A stretch of 64,000 bases of DNA from positions 124,001 through 188,000 of the forward strand of contig CM035351.1 of assembly GCA_020137815.1 (NCBI GenBank), read 5' to 3'. Shown here one piece after another: positions 49,664 to 60,140 of the stretch (positions are counted from its first letter, which is position 1; each line of letters opens with the position of its first letter). The translations under genes were made by a program, and so were the position numbers. Source of the DNA: Hormiphora californensis. Lineage: Eukaryota; Animalia; Ctenophora. The notes below the pieces were generated by a model that did no database searches, was not told where the DNA came from, and saw only the letters and a list, made by a program, of their open reading frames with translations.

Positions 49664-50242
49664 CTATTCCGGCACGTCCACCCTGGATATTAGGGCCGCC
49701 CGTTTGTACCCAAACCTTATGGCCCACCGTGTCAGCTTTAACAAAGCCCCCTGCCCAAAGTCCACTGCGGCTATGAGTTCTGTGGCCCCCAATTCCCCTC
49801 TCACCCAGTAATGATTGGCCGCCGCCACCCGATGCCTCTTGGAGTCCACCCCACCCCGTGCCCGGCCCATTATCTCCTCCCAGCCCCACGGGTCGCTATA
49901 CCCCTCTATCTCCATAATGGCCTGGCCCACCCTAACATCTATCCAGGCCCCCTTCAAGTCCTCCCAACAAAAATAACATAACCGGGCCCCCATAATGGCC
50001 TCTACCTCCGAATCCCAGATCTCCCTGCACCCCCTACGTGCACACTCTTCCGGCCCTGCCCTAGGTAAGTCCGGCTCCCCCAACGGATACCTCCGGCCCC
50101 CCACCAAGTCGATGACCGGCAGCTCCCCATCCTCCTCCGGCAACACCTCCGACCTCTGCACCTCCCGCGCCTCCACCCGCGCCTCCAGCCGTTCCTGTGC
50201 CCGCACTACTGATATCCGTCGCCGTTTACTGTCTTGTGACAT
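49664..50242 (-). CDS. Accessory ORF-A, 192 aa, unknown function
   Basis: ATG-initiated, same strand as gag/pol, preceded by a splice acceptor; N-terminal KRRR; C-x4-C and C-x2-C pairs. Confidence 0.65.
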   Translation of the reverse strand: MSQDSKRRRISVVRAQERLEARVEAREVQRSEVLPEEDGELPVIDLVGGRRYPLGEPDLPRAGPEECARRGCREIWDSEVEAIMGARLCYFCWEDLKGAWIDVRVGQAIMEIEGYSDPWGWEEIMGRARGGVDSKRHRVAAANHYWVRGELGATELIAAVDFGQGALLKLTRWAIRFGYKRAALISRVDVPE

Positions 50243-52195
50243 AGTGTTGCGCTATATGGGACAGTCGGAGGGTTTAGTGGAATGTCCCACAATTTTTTTA
50301 TAAAACCCGGTGTGAACCCGTGAACCCCATGAAGTACCCGTCTTTACCCATCACAATATAACTAAACTCAATGTAGTGGTGTAACTAAACAGTATGAAGA
50401 TGGTGCAGTGATAAACTGTTTTCCACTATGTTTTTCCAAATCCGGTTTACCTACGCAAAGCCAATCATAACTAAAACAAATGCTTGATAATAGTACGAGG
50501 ACCTCTAACTATAATTTCCAAACTTGTTCGAGCTCGCGCCGTCCCCCTCCCGGAAGTTGTTGCACGCTACTCACCTTTGTAACCCACTACAGCACCATGG
50601 TTGATTTGCTGTCCAGAGTGGGCTACCGCAGCGCCTTTACACAACTGTTCACTGAAACCGCGGTCCAAAGTTTCTTCTCGACAGTATTTCATAACACATA
50701 ATATTAATAATGAACGAATCAATTGATGCCATTGCTACCTCTCTCTGGGCTCCATCTCGGTCGCTGCGCAACCTTGATTTCGCCCGAGTGAGGTAACACA
50801 GTGTGAGCAGACCCATGTGCCATTAAACGCGCATCTTAACCTCGGCCCATACCTCAACCCGCACCCCAGCCCTTAACCTCCGACCCTACCTCCGTCACCC
50901 GCCCTTACCAACGTGCAATTTGGCACAGCAAACTCTAGACTCCGACCTTACGGTCCAAATGTCGAGTTCGCTGAGAGAGAGATTAGCGCTCATGAGTCCG
51001 CACACTATGTAAATAGCACCAAAAACTTCGATAAAACAGAGAGAATATTTAAATACATAGCCCGTTGCCTTCCCATAATAATAACAACCCGCCACATTCC
51101 TTATATAACATCATTCTCCCCCCACACAATTGCTAAATCATTATACATTGCAAGCAATATAAGCCAAATTGTGGCTGCACACCTTACCCTAAACAGTCTG
51201 TCTTTTCCTTTCTAATACGTGCCTAACATAAACCAAATTTCAGTCTTTTACTGTACTACTAAGGAATTTTTAGGGGTGAGTGAATGGGTGTCTTACCATG
51301 CAGCATGACTTCATGGCTGCCTCTGAACCAAGTGGGAAACCTTTGCCCTAGAGTTTTGTGGGGAGGTCTAAACATGTAAAATAAAATGCAAGTAACGAAT
51401 TCAACGGTGAGGGTATTTCTAGTCACTCCCGCAGATGGGGCACCAACATAAGGCAACTGCTGTTTCAAGCTCCTAGACTGCGTAGTTTTGATATTGTTAT
51501 CATGTAAAAATCTCACGTCCCGTCCCCCTGAGTGTATCTCCACCCCCTGAATCCTGATTAACCCATACTCACATACCCCACATATAAAAAGTCAAGTAGT
51601 AACAGAACAGGCCGCCAAGAGAGAAATTATTTCATGATGATGTGAGAACGATGCAAGGATAATGGGGAAACGAAATGAGAATGTCATTATCACTGGGTGG
51701 TGGAAGTATAATTGGAGAAGTGAGAACGAGGTGATAACGATATCAGGATGGTGCTATCACTGTGTGCGTGCACTGAACTGTGAGAACGAGGTGATAATGA
51801 TGTACTACCATTTATCAGGAAGATGTGTAAGTAATGTGAATAGGGTATGAGAGAGATGTGAAAATTTAACAGGGATGTGATGATGATATCAGGAAAATTT
51901 AAGGGGCTTGGCTGCCGTTCTGCTGTTACCCAGACTTGAGAACCTGATACTACAAGCATAAAAAATCATTCCCTGCCCGTAATCATATAAATCAAACTAC
52001 CTAAATGACCAATTAACAAACGCGGGCAGACCTGCAGAGGTAGTAAACGAAAAGCTGATTTTATAGATTGTTCTACTCATAATCTCCACTCAACTCCTGT
52101 GCGCTCTCTCCGAATGAATAATTGGCTCCTCACCAATAACCGGCCCAACTATGCAAGCCCCGTGTATACAAACATGAACTCAGATTCATTAATCT

Positions 52196-52211
52196 GGTTG
52201 TCGTCGGACCA
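52196..52211 (-). other. Primer binding site (tRNA not identified)
   Basis: Minus strand TGGTCCGACGACAACC starts 3 nt after the 5' LTR. Confidence 0.7.
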
Positions 52212-52214
52212 TAA

Positions 52215-53642
52215 TGTAGGACTGGGTGTGACCCCGAGAGAGTGCAGACTCGCAGTGAGAATGCCCATCTCTGTGTAGCCTGGGTAGGACTGTAAAAACC
52301 CCAGGGTGGCTAGGTTGTGTGGCCACTGCTACACTCCTACCGGACTACCTATAGTCCGTACTCCAAAAGCTCCCGTATCCTTAGGATTTAGCATTTGTAT
52401 ACACATAATATGGGCCAAGGCATGCACTGCGAATGACCCAATGGAGACCACTATGCAATGTTTCCGAAAGCCAGCCCCCATTCCGTACCGTTTCCAACGC
52501 GATGGCGAGCACGGTGTTTCCCATAGAAAACACCGAGCTCTAAAACATAACTCATGTATTTGAGGGGCGTGAATCCCTTGCCTGCACGCAAACCAATGAT
52601 AAAAACATAAAGCCCATGAATACACGTATTTCAGCCTGTAAATATAATACTCTCGCACTCTCTTCTACATCACTCTCTCACTCGCTCCTCTACATCACTC
52701 TCTCACTCTCTTATCTACATCACTCTCTCATTCTCTTATCTACATCACTCTCTCACTCACTCACTTCTCTACATCACTCTCTCACTCACTCCTCGATCTC
52801 ACTCTCTCCTGGCCCCTATACCACTGCATAACGCCTCCTTAGTTAGCCCAACAAGCCCAAGCCCGAATCACAAGCAAACTGAGTCAACCCGATCAGGTGG
52901 CGGTCTAATGACTGAGAGACCATTGCACAATGTAGCCTGTCGGGGAAGACCCTCCGACACATATGGAGACCATGTTGAGCCCGTCAGATGACCATGGCCT
53001 GATAGCCAAGCAACTCTCCGACCTGAGCAAGTCCCAAGCAGAAGTGAGGATTTCACCCCTCGCTTCCGAGTTTTGTTACGTGCGCCTGAAGGCGGGGAAT
53101 CACCCCTAATCACGTGCTAACTGCCCCGTCCCCGATTGGCCAATTACCGCGTGTGCCGTAGGGGAATAAGCAAAGGAGGGGAATTACGCATTGTCCTAAC
53201 GCAGGTCACGTGACCCGAGCCTCTCGCGGAACCAACTTGCTAACAGCCGATGAGTCGCCCGAAAAAACCTAATTACGATTATGCCCGCTAAAGGATTATT
53301 GTCCGCACCTAGTTAGCAAGAAACTTATCATGTAGCCCACGGAGTGATGGCACCCCTGGTACAGCTAATGGTTTTCCCGGGAATTTCTCCCTGAAGCCCG
53401 CTTCTAATGGCCCAAGGCCCCTCTCCCCAACTCTGACTCGTCTCTCTCTCTGTCTCTCTCTTTGCACTTTATCCTCAAAATAACTCAAAAAATAGTAACT
53501 CCATTACGGCCCTCTGTATCACACTCTCTTCCCATTAATATCGTGAAATAAAATATTAATAAAAAACACACCAAATATATATAACACACTAAACATATAT
53601 AAGTATGTTTGCCCGGCCTAAATGTAGGTTTACCGCCCTACA
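52215..53642 (-). repeat. 5' LTR (1428 bp)
   Basis: Direct repeat of 37970-39397. Confidence 0.97.
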
Positions 53643-54613
53643 ATAATAGTTATCTCTCTCTACTCTACTCTCTCTCAATATCTGCCTCGGTCTCTCTAAA
53701 GCTAAAAGAACTGGGAGAGAGAGAAACATCTTTCAATTCTTCGTAGTGCCCTTTTATTTGGGATGCTGAATGTGAACTAAACTATAGGTGGGGGACAGTA
53801 CCAATCACCAAACTTTTCTTTTTGCCCATTACCTCTAAGCTCACTTGCCAGTGTGAGGTGTCTTCGATACCAACTATACTTTTCTCTGTCTAACCTTTTC
53901 TTTCTAACTGTCCAGTTGGAGTTTCGGAGCCTGATATCAGCCTGCAGGCATGCGTTCTAGCTGGGAGGATGTAAAAGTTCCATCTCGAAGGCATGCCTGG
54001 TTCAGACTTTTTTAGGAATCGCAACCCTATGGGCTTCATTAGGGGAGCTGATGAGCTGGCTGTGTTGAGCTACTGGCTTGTTTTACGGTTATGTGTTTTG
54101 TTTTCAGTTTTTTTGCAAAAAAAAGAATATTGTAACACCTTCATTTATTAGCGATGTGTGTCAATATGATACGTCTCCTTCTCTTCACAGCTACATTGTG
54201 TGGAACAGCCGTTCTCACCGCTGGTTAGTCAAAAAATTTTTAGCAATTGGCTGTTGCAATTGGGACATTTGGCTGTGTCGCGCCCCTCGATATGGGAACC
54301 TGTATGGCGGCGCCGACCCGATCTGAGGCCCTAAGGAAATTTTTGAGGGTCTGTCGACACAGTAGATAGATGGGAATTGCGTTCAAAGATTAATCATGAA
54401 GTTGCTATATTTCGTTCATTGTCCAAAATGACGTTATATAAGCTCTGGGCTCGGCTGCTTTTTAGGGGGGACGGGTCTAGGGTCGGCTGTCAGGCCAATG
54501 CTCTGACCACAGTTCTCGCGCGCGTGCAGAACAGAGAGAGAAACGAGAATGGGTCAGGCCAATGCTCTGACAGAGGGTCGGAGCCACTGAATTTATCTAA
54601 TATTGCGTTTCAG

Positions 54614-57600
54614 ACTGGACAGCTGTTATAGAGAGGGAGGTGAAGTTATTCTGGGACCTGGAGGGAACACCTCTCCAGATAAAGACGGACTCTTCAGTTG
54701 GCAGTAACAAAAAGATCTATGTTGAGCTGTATAGTAATAGTGGCAGTTTCCAAAGTGATGTAGTCGTGAAGTTTAGTTCTACAGTGGAGTATAGGATCTA
54801 CGATTGCACCAGCGACTGGCCAGATCTGCCAGTCCAGCCCTCAGGGGTGGAGGACAAGGTCTGGACGATCAGTAAAACTGAGAGCCATCTAACTATCGAG
54901 TGTAATGGTTTAACTCTCCTGAACTACAAGTTTTCAGACGGGAAAAGTAGCTGCGCTTCACTAATGAGCGTTGTGCAGAAAATAGCCTTTCACGATGAGG
55001 ACACAGCATCTGACTTCTACAGAGCAGGTATATCCACTAGATATGTGAATGGCGCAACCTATAGGGGGGGTTCCAGCCTATTTTTTTGTATTTTTTTGTA
55101 TTTATTTGTACGGACCATACATAAAAGTATCAAAAATTCCTGTTTTTTCCATCATACTATTATTAAAGCAAATAGGGAAATCCCATGTCCCGTTTTTTTA
55201 ACCAAATATGGCACAAAATTCCTGGAAATGGCCTTTTGCACGTGTTGTCCCTAGAGGGACCCTGGCAACCTGCCAGCTTGAGCCTTAAACTGCACGTGCA
55301 TCCTTGATTCATCTTTCTGCCGGTTGTGTGATTGATCGTTTGCTCGATTTGATCTGTTCACCACGTTTCGTGAACATGACTACTGAACTTCAACACAATC
55401 GCCAGCGAGTTTGGAGGAGCCATATCTCCCAAACTGGCGCTGACGCCTATAGACTACGTGATAGAATCCTACAAAAGAGGTGATTATTATTCAAAAAAAG
55501 TTGTCAACACACGTAATAACAAAGTATCAATGGCATTAATAAGAAATGATAGTAATACGTGAAAGTATTTTGCCAATGTACTCCTCTCCTTCATAAAATA
55601 CTTCAGGACCTGGCAAAAGAGGACCCGTGGTTTTTTGTTGAAAGAATCCCTGTGGTTAATTTACCTGATAAATTTACTGATTTTAAAAATTTCAAATGAT
55701 ACTACACTATTTGCTTAGTTTACTGTATGACCATCCCTGATATTCGCCCGTAGGGCGAGCGGGCTTACTAGTACAAACAATACAAAAAATACAAAAAAAT
55801 AATGAAGGATGTGGTCGGTAAGAAATTGCGATTCGGGAAAATTTCTCGCTTAGAAAATACGATTCGAGAAAATTTTCTCGGTAAGAAATTGCGATTCGGG
55901 AAAATTTCTCGCTTAGAAAATACGATTCGAGAAAATTTTCTCGTTAAGAAATTGCGATTTGGAGAAATTTCTCGCTTAGAAAATACGATTCGAGAAAATT
56001 TTCTCGGTAAGAAATTGCGATTCGGGGAAATTTCTCGCTTAGAAAATACGATTCGGGGAAATTTTCTCGGTAAGAAATTGCGATTCGGGGAAATTTCTCG
56101 CTTAGAAAATACGATTCGAGAAAATTTTCTCGGTAAGAAATTGCGATTCGGGAAAATTTCTCGCTTAGAAAATACGATTCCAGAAAATTTTCTCGGTAAG
56201 AAATTGCGATTCGGGAAAATTTCTCGCTTAGAAAATACGATTCGAGAAAATTTTCTCTGTAAGAAATTGCGATTTGGAGAAATTTCTCGCTTAGAAAATA
56301 CGATTCGAGAAAATTTTCTCGGTAAGAAATTGCGATTCGGGGAAATTTCTCGCTTAGAAAATACGATTCGGGGAAATTTTCTCGGTAAGAAATTGCGATT
56401 CGGGGAAATTTCTCGCTTAGAAAATACGATTCGAGAAAATTTTCTCGGTAAGAAATTGCGATTCGGGGAAATTTCTCGCTTAGAAAATACGATTCGAGAA
56501 AATTTTCTTGGTAAGAAATTGCGATTCGGGGAAATTTCTCGCTTAGAAAATACGATTCGAGAAAATTTTCTCGGTAAGAAATTGGGATTCGGGGAAATTT
56601 CTCGCTTAGAAAATACGATTCGAGAAAATTTTCTCGGTAAGAAATTGCGATTCGGGGAAATTTCTCGCTTAGAAAATACGATTCGGGAAAATTTTCTCGG
56701 TAAGAAATTGCGATTCGGGGAAATTTCTCGCTTAGAAAATACGATTCGAGAAAATTTTCTCGGTAAGAAATTGCGATTCGGGGATATTTCTCTCGCGATT
56801 TTGGCATGCTATATATGTAGCCGTGTGCGGCAAAAAAAAGGCCCCCCCTAGACCACCATAGTTGCCGATGTGGTGGAGAGCTGTAACTTGGCAGGGTTGC
56901 TCCACTATGTCTATCTTGATCCTGACAGAAAAATCAGAGCTCTAGCTCAAAATTCATTTTTTTGATAGGAATGAACATTGTCATTCATTCCAAGAAAAAA
57001 ATATTTTCGGTCCAGAATTCAAGCAATTATCTTTGGCCATCGATTAGCTTTCCAATGTGACCAAGATCATCTAAATTGGGCAACCACAAGAGACACAGTG
57101 TCATGTTTCTTAAAGTTAGTCAGGTCATGTGATCTTCACCGAATCGTTGATTATCCGGGATTGCTAATCGAGCCAATGGGCAGAGGAATCTCGTATCACG
57201 GCCGCTAATGAGGTATGTGTACCAATACAGGGTAATGTGATTCGAGGAAAGAGGACATTTATCAAAGAGCTACAGATCTCATGACCAATCAGCATCGTCA
57301 TCCCTCATTAGTAGCCGTGATACGTGATTCTCTACCACTTAGACCGATTCGTAATACTGAACACTCAACGATTCGGTGAAGATCACATGACCTGATTAAA
57401 TTTAAGAAAGATGACACTGTGTCTCTTGTGGTTGCCCAATTTAGATGATCTTGGTCACATTGGAAAGCTAATCGATGGCCAAAGATAATTGCTTGAATTC
57501 TGGACCGAAAATATTTTTTTCTTGGAATGAATGACAATGTTCATTCCTATCAAAAAAATGAATTTTGAGCTAGAGCTCTGATTTTTCTGTCAGGATCAAG

Positions 57601-58708
57601 ATAGACATAGTGGAGCAACCCTGCCAAGTTACAGCTCTCCACCACATCGGCAACTATGGTGGTCTAGGGGGGGCCTTTTTTTGCCGCACACGGTATTTTG
57701 TGCTAAATTGCGTGAAATAGCGTGGAAGAATGTTTAAAAACAGTAAAAGTTCGAACAATAATGGTAAATTACCATATAAAACTGTTTTTATTTTTTTGTA
57801 TTTTTTTGTACTTTTTTGTATTTTTTTGTATTTTTTTGTTTGAGGAAAGCCCTGTTTTTTCCGTACAAACGTACAAGAAATAGGTTGGAACCCCCCCCCC
57901 CACCCTATACCATTCAATAGTACTTTCGGGCAGGTCATCTTCCAGACGCAGCAATCACAAACAACATATTCAATAGATCAAGATTCACTTTTACTGTTGG
58001 GTCAACATTGTCTCATATGAGACCCTCCTCTTCGCACCGGGCCGAAAGCCCGGTGCGGCTACGTGAGGCCGCGTAGCGAGGAGGTTGCGCGATGTACAGT
58101 CAGTGTGTGACAAGGTCAACAGTGTTGACTGTCTGCAGCTTCATTACCTGGGGCGCTGGTCTAAACATAGTGATTTCCCAATTATTTCTCTGAATGATAG
58201 ACATAGCTAACCCACCATTTTATTCAGAACCAGAGTGTCCAGCCTTTACCGTTGAGGGATCAACACAAGGAAGCTGGTCTACCTCACCAATAGGGACAAC
58301 TGCCACCATCGAGTGTGCTGCCACCCATAGCCTTGTGGGAAGTGCAACACTGACTTGTCAGGATGATGGAACATGGTCAAGCGATGTACCGCAGTGTGAT
58401 GAAATAGGTCAGTTAACATTTTGAAATGCATAAGGGGGTCAGCGGAGGGTGCCAAATGCTCGGTGGTGAATCACGACTGGTGATACCAAACCTCTTATTT
58501 GTATGAAACATATAAATATCTTCTAATTCCATTTCAGAGTGTCCAGCCTTTACCGTCGAGGGATCGAAACAAGGAAGCTGGTCTGCCTCACCAGTAGGAA
58601 CAACTGCCACCATCGAATGTGTTGTCAACCATATCCTTGTGGGAAGTGCTACAGTGACTTGTCAAAACGATGGATCTTGGTCTGGTGAAGTGAAGTGTGA
58701 TGTAATCC
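54614..58708 (+). CDS. Partial modular extracellular protein: beta-sandwich 'WDLEGTPLQIKTDS' domain exon (54614-55027) plus two sushi/CCP exons (58228-58407, 58538-58708)
   Basis: Symmetric phase-1 GT-AG exons; CCP pattern C...C...LVGSATLTCQDDGTWSSDVPQC duplicated. Confidence 0.75.
55745..55771 (+). mobile_element. Helitron-like 3' terminus (5' end not resolved)
   Basis: GC-rich hairpin CGCCCGTAGGGCG followed by CTAG|T. Confidence 0.55.
55817..56790. repeat. 63-bp tandem satellite (dimer of ~31/32-bp subunits), ~15 copies, intronic
   Basis: Unit GGTAAGAAATTGCGATTCGGGGAAATTTCTCGCTTAGAAAATACGATTCGAGAAAATTTTCTC. Confidence 0.95.
56821..57693. mobile_element. Non-autonomous TIR element with ~390-bp inverted arms
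   Basis: CCGTGTGCGGCAAAAAAAAGGCCCCCC / GGGGGGCCTTTTTTTGCCGCACACGG; mirror ORFs at 56978(+) and 57537(-). Confidence 0.88.
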
Positions 58709-59129
58709 GTAAGTTATCAGTGGTATTACCTTGATCTTCCAAACCCTCCACTACCCCCCCCCCCCCGCCTCCACTACCCCCCCCCCTCTCCAATCCCGTG
58801 AGAGGTGCGACCCGGGTTCAAATAGGCATAAAATTTTAGGGTAAACTTTAAAAAAATTAAGTTGAAAATTATAGGTTAGATCAAATTCAAAAGGTTATTA
58901 TTACGCGACAGTCTCTAAAAATGCAGATATTTTATTCAGGAAGTACTTATTTCCAGTAGGGTCCCTGACCCCCAGCTGACTATGATTATGATGACGTTAT
59001 TTTGTGACGTCATGTCATCCTTGATTCTGTCATGGCACAACTATCATCATGCAGCCGAGATCTCTATATCTCTCTCTGTTCTTTATCTTATCTTTCTCAC
59101 AAACACATGCACTTGCGATCTGGACATGT

Positions 59130-59130
59130 A

Positions 59131-59175
<45 letters not shown>

Positions 59176-59230
59176 TCTCATCTCTCTCTCTCCTCTCTCT
59201 CTCTCTCGTCCTCCTCTCTCTCTCTCCTCT

Positions 59231-59272
<42 letters not shown>

Positions 59273-59410
59273 TCTCCCCTCTCCTCCTCTCTCTCATCTC
59301 TCTCTCTCCCTCCTCTCATCGCTCTCCTCTCTCGCTCTCCTCTCCGCATCTCTCCTCATACACCTCCTCCTCCATCTCTCTCTCTTCTTCTCGTCTCTCC
59401 TTCTCTCATT
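59130..59410. repeat. Degenerate (CT)n microsatellite
   Basis: Direct observation. Confidence 0.9.
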
Positions 59411-60140
59411 GCATACAGTGCCATGCATGATTCCCGCGGGTGGCCATTAACAGAGGAACGTGGTCGAGAGACACAGCCCTATACTTGTTGAAATGACATT
59501 TGCGCCTCCTTCATTTCTTTCGTGGTAATGATATACCGCCTCCTTCATGATACTGACACCCACATGCTGCAACCTACAATCCTCCCCCGCCTTCATGCAG
59601 CCCCCCTCCTTTTGTAACTTAAGGCAAATAGATGATTCGGTAACATCGACTCGGAAGTGATAAGGAATGCGCTCAAAACTCTTCTCTCCCCTGCTCCGGG
59701 GATCTGCTAAAACCGATTGGAGCACTGACTTTAAATGGGTACGTACTGATTTGAGATGTTATCCTTCAAATGGGTATGTGATTTATTATCCTTCATTTTC
59801 ATAGCTATTTTTCTAACTGCTGCACCAGATTATAAAATATGAGTGCATGCAAAACTAGATATCGAGACAAGACAATGTTCAGGATTTAAAAGCCTTAGCA
59901 TCATCAAGCATATAATTACAAGCTGTCCGAATTAAGTTTAACGATCCCTTTTGACATTCAAACATTTTTCAATCACTTTCTATCTATTCTTCCCCCTTCT
60001 TTTAAAACACCCATCCTAACCCCCCTTCATTTAACACCCATCACCCTTCATTTCAGTATGACGACCAGTCCCCCTCTCTAAAGGGTGATGGGGTAGAACC
60101 GGCCCCCTCACCAGCACCCCCGCCCGCAACCAACACGCGC

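Larger units (their letters stand above)
37970..53642 (-). mobile_element. Full-length env-bearing Ty3/Gypsy LTR retrotransposon (endogenous errantivirus-like provirus), 15.7 kb
   Basis: Two 1428-bp TG...CA LTRs; 4-bp TSD ATAA (37966-37969, 53643-53646); PBS and PPT; intact gag, pol (PR-RT-RH-IN) and env. Confidence 0.97.

Noticed and set aside
55802-56851. 349-aa repeat protein and its 287-aa antisense ORF
   Set aside because: The 63-bp unit is a multiple of 3 and lacks stops; it lies in repeat-derived intronic DNA between sushi-gene exons
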